Of a DNA stretch of 64,000 nucleotides, positions 9,576 to 19,956 are shown piece by piece. The notes under the pieces were generated by a model. It had not been told where the DNA came from and made no database searches. It saw only the letters and a program-made list of their open reading frames with translations. How positions within the stretch are numbered: position 1 is the stretch's first letter; each line of letters begins with the position of its first letter. Both the position numbers and the translations under genes were made by a program. Source of the DNA: Lachnospiraceae bacterium (GTDB taxonomy: Bacteria > Bacillota > Clostridia > Lachnospirales > Lachnospiraceae); NCBI GenBank assembly GCA_028724245.1, contig JAQYDI010000161.1, positions 12,839 through 76,838 of the forward strand, written 5' to 3'.

Positions 9576-10733
9576 TCACCCTCTGCGGAATCTGCGCAGC
9601 ATGGGCACCAGTTCCTTCAAAGTATCCGCAGCATAACGGATCTCATCCGCCGTAGTAAAAATGCTGAAACTGAAACGGAGGGTGGAATCCAGAAGTTCCT
9701 TCTCCACGCCGATACTTTTCAGCGTTCCGCTGACTGCCGGGTGATTGGAAGAGCAGGCAGAGCCCGCCGACACATAAATCCCCCGTTCCTCCAGCGCATG
9801 AAGCAGTACCTCACTTCTGATTCCGCGGAAGCTGACGCTGACAATATGCGGCGCTCCTTTCATCAGAGGCTGACCGTTAATAACAATATCATCCAGATCT
9901 GCCAGTTGTTCCACAAACAGCTTCTTCAGCTCATACATACCGGCGACCCTTGCATCGTGATCCTTGTATATTTCCTTAACAGCTTCTCCCAGACCGGCGA
10001 TCCCCGGCACATTCTCCGTACCGGAACGCATACCGTGCTGCTGTTCCCCGCCGAAAATGATCGGTTTGATCTTCACTTTATCTCTTACATATAAAAATCC
10101 TGTTCCTTTGGGGCCGTGGATTTTATGTCCGCTGACTGACAGAAGATCGATTCCCTGCCGTCTGGGACGGATCACATACTTTCCATAAGCCTGAATCGCA
10201 TCCACATGGAACAGAATGTCCGGCTTCTTTCTCCGGATGATCCGGGCGATTTCCTCAATGGGCTGCACCGAACCGACTTCATTGTTTACATACATTATGG
10301 AAACAAGAATCGTCTCCGGACAGATTGCCTCCTCCAGCGCCCTGAGAGAAACCGTCCCTTCATGATCTACCGGCAGATAAGTTACCCGAAAACCCTGCTC
10401 CTCCAGAAAACGCATGGTATTGCCGACTGACGCATGCTCAAAAACCGTAGTAATCAGATGATTGCCTTTTCTTTTATTGGCCATGGCACAGCCGATCAGC
10501 GCCATATTGTTCGACTCGGTGCCGCCGGAGGTAAATATAATTTCACGGTCATTTACGCGCAGGCTTTTTGCCACCGTTTCCCTTGCTTCATTCACATAAT
10601 GTTCCGCATGAAAACCTTTTGAATGCATGGAAGAAGGGTTGCCGTAATCTTCCGACATAGTCTTCATCATAATATCACATACCCGCGCGAAAGCACAGGT
10701 TGTTGCTGAATTATCCAGATATGCTTCCATCAC
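9576..10733 (-). CDS. Cysteine desulfurase (NifS/IscS family, NifZ-like partner of ThiI)
   Basis: YLDNSATT, SGHKIHGPKG PLP lysine, SAGSACSS catalytic Cys; directly upstream of thiI. Confidence 0.93.
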   Translation of the reverse strand: MMEAYLDNSATTCAFARVCDIMMKTMSEDYGNPSSMHSKGFHAEHYVNEARETVAKSLRVNDREIIFTSGGTESNNMALIGCAMANKRKGNHLITTVFEHASVGNTMRFLEEQGFRVTYLPVDHEGTVSLRALEEAICPETILVSIMYVNNEVGSVQPIEEIARIIRRKKPDILFHVDAIQAYGKYVIRPRRQGIDLLSVSGHKIHGPKGTGFLYVRDKVKIKPIIFGGEQQHGMRSGTENVPGIAGLGEAVKEIYKDHDARVAGMYELKKLFVEQLADLDDIVINGQPLMKGAPHIVSVSFRGIRSEVLLHALEERGIYVSAGSACSSNHPAVSGTLKSIGVEKELLDSTLRFSFSIFTTADEIRYAADTLKELVPMLRRFRRG

Positions 10734-10792
10734 TTTTCCTCCAGTCCGCAGACTGTATCTATAATATATTTTATTCCATATAACAGGACTGG

Positions 10793-11599
10793 TTACGGTT
10801 CCAGCAGATATACCAGTACCGACAGCAGGGCCATTCCGGCGGTCTCCGTCCGCAGAATCCGTCTGCCCAGAGAAATCCTCTGCCAGCCATCTTTTACTGC
10901 AAGCTCCACCTCCGACGGTTCAAAACCGCCCTCCGGCCCGATCAGAATGCCGATCCGGAACGGCTTTTCTTCAGGCAGTACACCTGTTTCTTCTAAAACT
11001 GCCTGTCTCTCACAGCCGCGCTGTTTCACCTGCTCTGCCAGTTCTCCCAGGATTCTCCTGACACCGTCCATACCTTCTTCATTCTCATAAGGGAGGAGTT
11101 TACAGTCCATCTCCGCTGCCTGCTCCACTGCCCCGGCAAATATCACAGGCATCTGAACCTGCGGAATCACCATCCGGCCGCTCTGCTTGGCCGCACTTTC
11201 TGCAATGGCATTCCACCGTTTCACCTTTGCCGCCGCCTTTTTGCTGTCCAGCTTCACTACGGAGCGCTTCATGGAAACCGGAACAATACCATATGCGCCA
11301 AGCTCCACCGCTTTCTGAATGATCAGCTCCATCTTGTCTGACTTCGGCAGCCCCTGAAACAGATAAATCTGCACCGGCAGTTCAATGGAAGACTGCTCCC
11401 TGCTGTCCACATGCAGCAGTACTGCATCCTCTTCCAGAGACATGATGGTACAGAAATAATCCTCATCTGTACCGTTACTGATCCGCACTCTCTCACCCGG
11501 TTTCATACGAAGCACATTTTTCATATGATTCACATCATCACCGGTCACAGTAATGCGATCTCCGGCAATCTGCTCCGGCATCACAAAAAAACGAAACAT
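10793..11599 (-). CDS. rsmE: 16S rRNA m3U1498 methyltransferase RsmE
   Basis: HMKNVLRM, IQKAVELG, IGPEGGF, LGRRILRTETA. Confidence 0.95.
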   Translation of the reverse strand: MFRFFVMPEQIAGDRITVTGDDVNHMKNVLRMKPGERVRISNGTDEDYFCTIMSLEEDAVLLHVDSREQSSIELPVQIYLFQGLPKSDKMELIIQKAVELGAYGIVPVSMKRSVVKLDSKKAAAKVKRWNAIAESAAKQSGRMVIPQVQMPVIFAGAVEQAAEMDCKLLPYENEEGMDGVRRILGELAEQVKQRGCERQAVLEETGVLPEEKPFRIGILIGPEGGFEPSEVELAVKDGWQRISLGRRILRTETAGMALLSVLVYLLEP

Positions 11600-11691
11600 C
11601 TTCTCCTCCTATGGTCTGTTGTCTTCAAATAAATAAGGTAAAACCAGTATATTATAAACGAAAAGAGCGAAATGTGCAACCGGTTTGTTTT

Positions 11692-14211
11692 TCAGCTTCT
11701 GTTTTCCAGAAACGTCTCCGCTTCATACCCGTTCCCGTCACTGCGTATCCGGATGCAGCCTCCCATACTGGTTCCAAAGCAATCAATTCCCCGCTTTTTC
11801 AGACGTTCTGTCACTTCTTTATGCGGATGTCCGTACCGGTTGTTGATGCCGCAGGAAATGACAGCTGTCCGGGCACCGATTGCCTGAAGAAAAGCTTCTG
11901 AAGTGGCAGTTCTCGAACCATGATGCGCCACTTTCAGCACATCCACTTCCCGTCCATCCAAAGCATTCAGAACTTCATCCTCTGATTCCAGTGACATATC
12001 CCCTGTAAAAAGTGCGGAAAACTCATTCCACTGCAGATAAACCACCGCAGAGGCATCATTCTCATCTTGGCTGCTGTAATCTGCTGCCGGATGCAGAATC
12101 TCAAATTGAATTTCTCCCGCCTCTATCCGTTTTCCGGCTTCTATGTAATCTACAGGATGCAGCGCTTCGATTTCCGCCGCCAGTTCACTGTCCCTGAAAA
12201 CAGACGGCATCATGATTCTCTTTACAGAAAATCCATCTTCCAGCATGGCAATCATCCCCGAATAGTGGTCGGAATCGGGATGGGTCAGCAGCCAGCAGTC
12301 CACAAAATGGATTCCTTCGTGGGCAAAATACGGTTCATATACATATTCCTTCAGTTTCTTCTGACTGCTGCTTCCTCCGTCTATACAGAAAACACCTTTC
12401 CCGTAAGGCAGCTCCACAACAATGCCGTCCCCCTGTCCCACATCCAGATAATTGACCAGCAGCTGCGGATCAGGAAAACGCTGCAGAAGAAGGACCGCGC
12501 AGGGAAGCAGCAGAAGTCCTGCTGCAAAGGGAAGTTTTCTATGATGATAAATCACCTGATAGTATCCTGCTCCCATAACCGCCGACAGGATCAGGATCCA
12601 CAGCACCACCTGCCACCAGCAGGGACGCCCTGTTACCAGCACGGAACACGGCAGACTGCCAAAAAACAGACAAACCTGTTCATACCAGCGCAGAATATAA
12701 TGGGCAGTTCCCAGAAGGAAAATCCCCACCGGCATGAAAATAAGGCTGCCGGCCACCGCCAGTATATCCGATATCAGCACAAAACTCATAAACGGTACCG
12801 TGATCAGGTTGATCAGAACGCCGGCCACGGGAACCTGTCCCTGAAACCAGAGTAGCACCGGCAGAGAAGACAGCTGCAGCAGCACCGCTCCCAGCACGGT
12901 TTTCTGAAGACGGATCTTCCACTTTTCTGCTTTTTCTCCTGTTCCCTCACTCCGTTTTCTTTCCTGCGGCTCCGTTTTTTCCTCTGATTCCTCATTCACA
13001 AAAATCAGTTCCCCCAGAGGAAGCAGTGTTCCGATACCCAACACGCAGCTGAAGGTCATGAGAAACCCCGACTGAAATAAAAGCAGCGGGTGTTCCCATA
13101 ACAGCAGCAGTCCGGAAACAGCCACCGCCGTAAGAAAATCATAGGTTCTGCCCAGATATCCCGCCAGCAGGAACAGAAAAAAGCAGACCATGGCCCGCAC
13201 CATAGATGTTCCCGATCCCGCCATAACACAGAAGGTTCCCGTCAGAATCCCCGACAGCATACTGCTCCAGAAAAAGCTTCCCAGCAGTTTTCTCAGAAGC
13301 TGAAACATCCCCATCCCCAGAATGCTGATGTGAAGTCCGCTGATGGTCAGCAGATGGATGATCCCACTCTCCTGATAAAGCTCCTTCCAGTAAGGACTCA
13401 ATTCACTTTTGTCTCCCGTAAGCAGACAGACCAGAATTCCCGCATCCTCAGGCTGTGCCAGCTGGAGAATACGCTGCTTGATCAGGCTGCGCAGACGCTG
13501 CAGATTGTGCCTGAACAGAGAACCGCTGCCCAAAACCTGCAGCTGCTTCTCCGATGTTTCCACCAGACCCGCAATGCCAAGACTCCAGCAGTATTCCCGG
13601 TAATCGAAAGCCCCAGGATTTGTCGCCTGCTGATACCGGGAAAAAGTACCTTTGAACCGGATCCTCTGTCCCGGTCTTTTCCTTTCATCTGCCTCATTGG
13701 CTCCGGATTCACTGTTTTCATCTCCATAAGTTTTCCATTGATCGGCCTGCACTCCATCCGCCTCATATTCCAGATAAAGTGATTTTTCAAAATTCCCCTC
13801 ACAGGGAGTGAAAAGTCTGACCTGATCCACAAGCAGCGTGACCGTTCCGTCTTCTTCTGATATCTGCCTGATCACGCCTGTTCCCTGAACGATCTCTTCA
13901 TCCAGCTGTTTCAAACTCCATGCTGCTCCGGCCCCGTCTGTGAGAACCGGCTGCTTCATGGCATCGAATACAGCAAATGCACCCGCCAGAAAACAGATTC
14001 CCGCCGCTGCTGCGTACATCAGATTTTTCTTTGCACCGGTGAAAAACCTCCATGTCAGCCAGACAGAAGCCGCGCATCCCGCAGACAGCATCAGCAGCCG
14101 GAAAGCATATATAAAAAAGGCAGACAGCCGTGAACCGTCCGTACCGGCTCCGGTCAGCTGTCTGCAAATCCCGCAAAACACATCACCGGCGTGTTCTGCA
14201 CCATATTTCAT
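11692..14211 (-). CDS. comEC: DNA uptake channel ComEC/Rec2
   Basis: NPGAFDY, HLLTISGLH competence domain, LDVGQGD / THPDSDH / KVAHHGS / NRYGHP beta-lactamase-like domain. Confidence 0.93.
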   Translation of the reverse strand: MKYGAEHAGDVFCGICRQLTGAGTDGSRLSAFFIYAFRLLMLSAGCAASVWLTWRFFTGAKKNLMYAAAAGICFLAGAFAVFDAMKQPVLTDGAGAAWSLKQLDEEIVQGTGVIRQISEEDGTVTLLVDQVRLFTPCEGNFEKSLYLEYEADGVQADQWKTYGDENSESGANEADERKRPGQRIRFKGTFSRYQQATNPGAFDYREYCWSLGIAGLVETSEKQLQVLGSGSLFRHNLQRLRSLIKQRILQLAQPEDAGILVCLLTGDKSELSPYWKELYQESGIIHLLTISGLHISILGMGMFQLLRKLLGSFFWSSMLSGILTGTFCVMAGSGTSMVRAMVCFFLFLLAGYLGRTYDFLTAVAVSGLLLLWEHPLLLFQSGFLMTFSCVLGIGTLLPLGELIFVNEESEEKTEPQERKRSEGTGEKAEKWKIRLQKTVLGAVLLQLSSLPVLLWFQGQVPVAGVLINLITVPFMSFVLISDILAVAGSLIFMPVGIFLLGTAHYILRWYEQVCLFFGSLPCSVLVTGRPCWWQVVLWILILSAVMGAGYYQVIYHHRKLPFAAGLLLLPCAVLLLQRFPDPQLLVNYLDVGQGDGIVVELPYGKGVFCIDGGSSSQKKLKEYVYEPYFAHEGIHFVDCWLLTHPDSDHYSGMIAMLEDGFSVKRIMMPSVFRDSELAAEIEALHPVDYIEAGKRIEAGEIQFEILHPAADYSSQDENDASAVVYLQWNEFSALFTGDMSLESEDEVLNALDGREVDVLKVAHHGSRTATSEAFLQAIGARTAVISCGINNRYGHPHKEVTERLKKRGIDCFGTSMGGCIRIRSDGNGYEAETFLENRS

Positions 14212-14252
14212 AATAAATATCCCGCCTGCAAAAGCAAAAAAGCAGGCCAGAA

Positions 14253-15248
14253 TTACTCTTCTGATAAAGTTCCTCCTTCTGTTTCCTCTTCCTGAACAAA
14301 CAGATAGTTGAGATCTTTGGTAAAGGGCTTCGACAGTGAAAGGCTGTCCTTAAACTTCACATCGGAAGAACCGTTGACCATGATCTGCACCTGACTCACA
14401 TCCGAAAGCTCCGACAGAGAATTCACGATGGCATAAACAATGATCTTCGGATCCAGATCCATGGTTTCATTGAGAAAGCTGGAATCAAAATTCACATAGC
14501 AGGTGCCGGAACGTATGGATATATCAAGCAGCGATACCGTATCCGGAAGCACAGCCCTTGTACTGTCGTCCGGCGGCCCCTCAATCAGAAGCTGCATGAC
14601 CAGCTTTTCCATAGCCATGCTGCTGTCATTCAGAACTGTCCGTTCCACTTCTTCCAGTGCCTTCCCGTCTTTGCTGGCAAAATACAGAATCAGCGTATTT
14701 TTCTGCCGTGAATACATGTTGCCGTTGGTATCCGACATGAACTTGTCTGCCGAAAGCTTTCCTACAGGTCTTTTGGAACTGTCAAGCAGCGGCTGTCCCT
14801 CCACATGTATGTCAATGTATTCGATCTCCGGAATCTGGGTCAGTGTCAGTACCAGTGCCGCACGGCACAGAATCTCATCTTCACTGCTTTGTTCCGAATA
14901 GGTTTTTGTAAAATTAACAGTCAGAAACGGCGGCAGACTGCTGTCACAGCTGATCACCTCCAGATTGGAAGAAACAGCGGGAATCATGCTCGGATCATCC
15001 TGTTTCTGGCTCTGCAGTTCTTTAAGCAGCGCATCCACGATGTTTTTCCGATCATGTACATCATCCCCCAGCTCCACAGTCGAGGAAAGCAGCTCCGTTC
15101 CTTTTGCATTTTTATAATATATATTGTAGATGCCTTTTTGGGGATCCGGTTCCTGTTCCGCAGATGTCTCTTTCTGGCAGGCAGAAAGAAACACCGCAGC
15201 CAGAATCACCAAAAGAAGCCCTGACTTTATTACACGTTTCCAGTTCAT
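14253..15248 (-). CDS. Lipoprotein with two GerMN domains
   Basis: Lipobox LSAC; AALVLTLTQIPEIEYIDIHVEG and YAIVNSLSELSDVSQVQIMVNG GerMN-type motifs; start at ATG 15248 with GGAGG. Confidence 0.85.
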   Translation of the reverse strand: MNWKRVIKSGLLLVILAAVFLSACQKETSAEQEPDPQKGIYNIYYKNAKGTELLSSTVELGDDVHDRKNIVDALLKELQSQKQDDPSMIPAVSSNLEVISCDSSLPPFLTVNFTKTYSEQSSEDEILCRAALVLTLTQIPEIEYIDIHVEGQPLLDSSKRPVGKLSADKFMSDTNGNMYSRQKNTLILYFASKDGKALEEVERTVLNDSSMAMEKLVMQLLIEGPPDDSTRAVLPDTVSLLDISIRSGTCYVNFDSSFLNETMDLDPKIIVYAIVNSLSELSDVSQVQIMVNGSSDVKFKDSLSLSKPFTKDLNYLFVQEEETEGGTLSEE

Positions 15249-15261
15249 ATTGCCTCCGGTT

Positions 15262-16806
15262 TTATGGAATATAGACCAGGGGGACACGGACCACAAATGT
15301 GGATCCAACCCCATAATCACTGCTGACACGAATCACGCCATGATGCAGCTGTACGATATTTTTACAGATCGCAAGACCCAGTCCTGTACCGCCGGTTTCC
15401 CTGGAGCGAGCTTTATCAACCCGATAGAAACGTTCAAAAATCTTTCCTACCTCATCTTCCGGTATTCCCACTCCGGTATCCACGATCTTCACATAAAAAT
15501 AGGTCTGATCGGCATTCAGGGAAACAGCAACACTGCCGTTATCTTTGTTGTACTTAATGGCATTCTCCACCAGATTGGTAATCAGTCTGGTAAATTTCAG
15601 TTCATCCACATCAGCTACTACAGGACGCATACACTCCAGTGTAACAACAATATTGCGCTTTTCCGCCGTTCCTTTCAAACGTTTCAGCACGCTGTTCATC
15701 AATTCATTCATATTGACCCTCTGAACAGTCAGCTCCGCATTGGTGCGGTCCAGTTTTACCATCTCCAGCAGGTCATCAATAATCCTGCTTTCACGGTCGA
15801 TCTCATTGGAAATATCTGACATAAATTCCTGATAAAGTTCCACCGGTGCTTCTCCCATGGAAATCAGGGAATCAGCAAGGATCCGGATCGATGTAATCGG
15901 CGTTTTCAGCTCGTGTGATACATTGGATACAAATTCCTGCCTGCTTTCGTCAAGATGCTTCAAACGCAGGAGGGATTCGTTGTACACAGCGGCAATCCGC
16001 TCTGTCTCCAGACAGTCCGGCACGGATATGGGACGCATATCCCCCTGATTGGCCCGGTTCAGGTTGTCCTCCAGACTTTTGAAGGGCCGCAGCAGCCTGC
16101 CGGAAAAGAAAAAGGCAATCACACTGAGCAGAATACATATGGCAACCTCTATGATCTGATACCGTTTTTTCTGTCCGGCCACCATATCCTCAATGTTTTT
16201 CATGGAAGTGGAAACCACCATCACACCTTTAATATTCTTCAGGGACTGATCATAAACAGGAACCGTAAATTCCGCATAACTGCCGTTTTTAAAATACTCA
16301 TAACCGGTATTCTCGCCTTCCCGGAAGCAGGACAGTACCTTTGACGAAATATTATATTTGTCCGTATCCGTACTGTAGGTATCTTTTACAACACGGAAGC
16401 TGCTGTCAATTACCAGAATCCGCCCGTCATACAGATCGGACAGCAGACTGATCTCCGCATTCAGCGCAGAGTTGAGCGCCGGCGTTTCCACATTGTTCAG
16501 ATAATCGGCTCTGCTCATCTGCCTTGAAAGCGTCCTTGCCTGATACTGCAGTTCCAAAACCTTCTGCTCAATCTGAATAGCCTTTGATTCCCCTGCAATA
16601 TATTCATTCAGGAAAAGAAAGGGAAGCCATGCCATAACTACGATCAGCAGAAAAACCCTTACCCGGAAGCTTTTCAGACAGTACCGGAATGCACCCGCAA
16701 TGCTGTCCACATGGTTCTGAAACGGGTTCGTATGCCTTCCGTTTTCCATCATATCCGCTTCCGTCTGATTTTCTCTCTTTTTAAATAACCGCATAAATCT
16801 CACCAA
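15262..16806 (-). CDS. Membrane sensor histidine kinase (HAMP-HisKA-HATPase, WalK/PhoR-like)
   Basis: FVSNVSHELKTP H-box, NLVENAIKY, DTGVGI, FERFYRVDKARSRETGGTGLGL; two TM helices. Exact start uncertain. Confidence 0.93.
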   Translation of the reverse strand: MVRFMRLFKKRENQTEADMMENGRHTNPFQNHVDSIAGAFRYCLKSFRVRVFLLIVVMAWLPFLFLNEYIAGESKAIQIEQKVLELQYQARTLSRQMSRADYLNNVETPALNSALNAEISLLSDLYDGRILVIDSSFRVVKDTYSTDTDKYNISSKVLSCFREGENTGYEYFKNGSYAEFTVPVYDQSLKNIKGVMVVSTSMKNIEDMVAGQKKRYQIIEVAICILLSVIAFFFSGRLLRPFKSLEDNLNRANQGDMRPISVPDCLETERIAAVYNESLLRLKHLDESRQEFVSNVSHELKTPITSIRILADSLISMGEAPVELYQEFMSDISNEIDRESRIIDDLLEMVKLDRTNAELTVQRVNMNELMNSVLKRLKGTAEKRNIVVTLECMRPVVADVDELKFTRLITNLVENAIKYNKDNGSVAVSLNADQTYFYVKIVDTGVGIPEDEVGKIFERFYRVDKARSRETGGTGLGLAICKNIVQLHHGVIRVSSDYGVGSTFVVRVPLVYIP

Positions 16807-17505
16807 TTACTGCTGTCCTTTGAAATAGTATCCAACCCCCCACTTGGTCTGTACATATCTGGGCTCACTGGGGGTTTTTTCGATCTTTTCACGCAGTCTT
16901 CTGACATGAACATCAACTGTGCGGACATCACCCGGATATTCATAGCCCCAGACAATATTCAGCAGCTTTTCGCGGCTGTAGACCTTGCCGGGATTTAAAA
17001 GAAGCAGCTCCAGAAGATCAAACTCCTTGGCAGTCAGATTAATATCTTTACCGCTGATGGAAACAGTACGGCTTTCTCTGTCCAGAACCAGATCTCCCGC
17101 CACGATGCGCGAAGAACTCTCTTCCTCTTTCTTCTCCTGTTTCGTGCTGCGGCGCATAATCGCCTTGATGCGGGCCTTCACTTCAAGAATATTGAAAGGC
17201 TTCGTTACATAATCATCCGCACCGTATTCCAGACCAAGGATCTTATCCATATCACTGTTCTTGGCAGTCAGCATGATGATCGGCATATTGGAAAATTCAC
17301 GGATCATGCGGCACACCTCCGTACCATCATACACCGGCAGCATCACATCCAGCAGAACCATATCGTATTCCGTCTGCTTTGCTTTCTCCAGCGCCTCTCC
17401 TCCGTCATAGGCACAATCCACTTCCCAGCCTTCCTGCTGAAGACTGAACTTGATTCCTTTTACTATCAGCTTCTCATCATCTACAACCAGAATCTTCTTA
17501 CTCAT
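16807..17505 (-). CDS. OmpR-family response regulator (WalR-like)
   Basis: ILVVDDE, LLDVMLP, GADDYVTKPF, GDVRTVDVHVRRLREKIE; ATG 17505 with GGAGG. Confidence 0.95.
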   Translation of the reverse strand: MSKKILVVDDEKLIVKGIKFSLQQEGWEVDCAYDGGEALEKAKQTEYDMVLLDVMLPVYDGTEVCRMIREFSNMPIIMLTAKNSDMDKILGLEYGADDYVTKPFNILEVKARIKAIMRRSTKQEKKEEESSSRIVAGDLVLDRESRTVSISGKDINLTAKEFDLLELLLLNPGKVYSREKLLNIVWGYEYPGDVRTVDVHVRRLREKIEKTPSEPRYVQTKWGVGYYFKGQQ

Positions 17506-17548
17506 AACTTCATCCTCCAAAGCAGTCTTCTCTGCAGCTGCACTCATT

Positions 17549-18310
17549 TCAGACCGTGATCCGGTCCCTTATCTTATCAAATGCCCCTTCTTTAATGCCG
17601 GAAACCTTCATGATATCTTCCGTCTTCTGAAAATTCCCGTTAGCCTCACGATAGGCAATGATGGCATCCGCTCTGGTCTGTCCGATACCGGGCAGTGTCA
17701 TCAGCAGCGTACTGTCTGCCGTATTGATATTCACCAGTGCATCCGTACTGCCGCCGGCACTGCCTTCTCCCTGTCCGGTCTGGGCTCCCGAACCGGAAGA
17801 CGGCTGCAGCACCACGCCGCAGGGTTCCTCCACATCTTCTAAAAAAGGAACATAAATCTTATCACCTTCTGATATGGTTCCTGCCAGATTCAGGTAATCT
17901 GCCGCGCCGCCTTTCAGCACACCTCCGGCCTCCCTGATAGCATCCTCCACAATGGAATTCTCCGGAAGCAGATACACACCGGCATTTTTCACTGCTCCGC
18001 ACACATGCACATGAACAAAAGTACCTGCTGCGGACTGCTGAGCCGGTTCTCTGTCTGACTGTTCGCTGCCGGATTCCTGCTCCAGAACGGCGCCGCCGGC
18101 AATGTCTCCGCCGAAAAGCACGGCTTCAGAAGAACGGTCAGCTTCCGTATCGGAATACGCCTCCGCCTCACTCCATGCAGACATCTCTTCCCCTTCTGAC
18201 AAACCACTATCATACACAAAAATATCCTGACTGCGGCCTGCGCTGTAAAGCACTCCCGCAGTCAGGAACAACACAAGGATTGCTATCGCTTTTATGCGCC
18301 TGTAATTCAT
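17549..18310 (-). CDS. comEA: DNA receptor ComEA
   Basis: N-terminal TM, SLBB (VHVCGAVKNAGVY), HhH (VNINTAD...LPGIGQTRADAIIAYRE). Confidence 0.93.
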   Translation of the reverse strand: MNYRRIKAIAILVLFLTAGVLYSAGRSQDIFVYDSGLSEGEEMSAWSEAEAYSDTEADRSSEAVLFGGDIAGGAVLEQESGSEQSDREPAQQSAAGTFVHVHVCGAVKNAGVYLLPENSIVEDAIREAGGVLKGGAADYLNLAGTISEGDKIYVPFLEDVEEPCGVVLQPSSGSGAQTGQGEGSAGGSTDALVNINTADSTLLMTLPGIGQTRADAIIAYREANGNFQKTEDIMKVSGIKEGAFDKIRDRITV

Positions 18311-18476
18311 CGGTACTCCTTTCCCTGCAGATCTGCAGATTGGAATACCTGTCCCGTACTCTACATTGTACCCAAATCAGACCAATAAAGCAATATCTTC
18401 ACTGCTGAATAAATTATAAAAAGTCTTTAAGATTTATTAAAACATTTCCTAAATTTAGTTTTTATGGATTCCCTTC

Positions 18477-19874
18477 TTATTCTGTTCGTTTTCTGTATTT
18501 TCTGTAAATGATCTTCTGGCTGGAATATAACGTATAGTATCCTGACAGCATATAGCTGACAACCACACCGATCAGAAAATAGTGAATGCCTTCAAAACCG
18601 AATAATTCAGCTGCGATCAGCAATGAACTGATGGGACAGTTTGTTACACCGCAGAATACGGAAACCATGCCGACTCCTGCGCAGAGAGAAGGCGACAGAC
18701 CGAGAATCTGTCCCGCAAAACAGCCAAAGGTTGCTCCTACGAAAAAGGAAGGAACGATTTCTCCACCCTTGTAGCACGATCCCAGTGTCAGAGCCGTAAA
18801 AATTATTTTCAGCAGAAAGGCTTCCGGACGAACGGATCCGTCAATCGCTCTGGCTATCACCTGCATGCCTGTTCCCATATAATCAGAAGAATCCACCAGT
18901 ATTGTCAGCAGTACAACCAGTGTACCTGCTGTAAATACAGACACATATTTATTCCATATGGGCCGGTGAAAAAAGGTATGCGCAGCGTGAAGCGTAATAC
19001 AGAACAGCATGCTGACCAGTGCACATCCCGCTGCAAGAATCAGAACCTTTACAAAGGTAACAGCGCTCAGCCCCGGTACGGCAAACATGTCAAAAACTTC
19101 ACTCTCCACACCCATATATCCGGCCACCATGGAACCCACCAGAGCGGCAAAGCTGCAGGGCACCAGAGCAGGATAATACATCTTCCCCACATTGACGACT
19201 TCCATGGCAAATACAGTAGAAGCCAGCGGAGTACCAAAGAGAGCGGCAAAAGCTGCACTCATGCCGCACATAACGGTAATCGTAGGGTTCTTATCCTCAC
19301 GATGCAGGATTTTCGCCAGCGTAGAACTGATGGATCCTCCCAGCTGCAGTGCGGCTCCTTCACGTCCTGCGGAACCGCCAAACAGATGGGTAACCGCAGT
19401 TGCCAGGAAAATACGCACCGCCACATACCAGGGAACCTCCCCGCCTTCCCGCACGGAGTTCAGCACCAGATTCGTTCCCCGGTCTCCCGATTCTCCAAAA
19501 TGATGATAAAGAAACACAATTGCAAGACCCGCAAAGGGCAGCCCCAGGATCATCTGAGGATGCGCCATCCTGTACGATGTGATCTCACCAAGCAGCAGAC
19601 CGAACACAGAAGCCACAAACCCGGCGATCAGACCGACCAGTACACCGAATGCCGCCCATTCCGCAAAAGAACGAAGCCCGCTCCCCATGGTCACAACCCT
19701 CTCGGCCGCACGGCCTTTCGCATGACTCATCTCATCCTTAAAATAGTCGATTTCATCCTGCACACAGCCCCGCAGTTCCTTCCCTGTTTTTCTTTTCTCC
19801 TGTTTTTCTGCAGAATCTTTCTCTTCTTTATTTTTTTCTTCTTTTACAGCATCGTTTTTTTCATGATCTTTCAT
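18477..19874 (-). CDS. ClC family chloride channel/antiporter
   Basis: GGSAGREGAALQLG and GGEIVP motifs; many TM helices. Confidence 0.9.
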   Translation of the reverse strand: MKDHEKNDAVKEEKNKEEKDSAEKQEKRKTGKELRGCVQDEIDYFKDEMSHAKGRAAERVVTMGSGLRSFAEWAAFGVLVGLIAGFVASVFGLLLGEITSYRMAHPQMILGLPFAGLAIVFLYHHFGESGDRGTNLVLNSVREGGEVPWYVAVRIFLATAVTHLFGGSAGREGAALQLGGSISSTLAKILHREDKNPTITVMCGMSAAFAALFGTPLASTVFAMEVVNVGKMYYPALVPCSFAALVGSMVAGYMGVESEVFDMFAVPGLSAVTFVKVLILAAGCALVSMLFCITLHAAHTFFHRPIWNKYVSVFTAGTLVVLLTILVDSSDYMGTGMQVIARAIDGSVRPEAFLLKIIFTALTLGSCYKGGEIVPSFFVGATFGCFAGQILGLSPSLCAGVGMVSVFCGVTNCPISSLLIAAELFGFEGIHYFLIGVVVSYMLSGYYTLYSSQKIIYRKYRKRTE

Positions 19875-19956
19875 TCTTCTTCTCCTGTTGGAAATCATCC
19901 GCGGGGGGATCGTAAGCTTTCACACCTGCTCATCCGGCTGATGTACATGCGTAATT

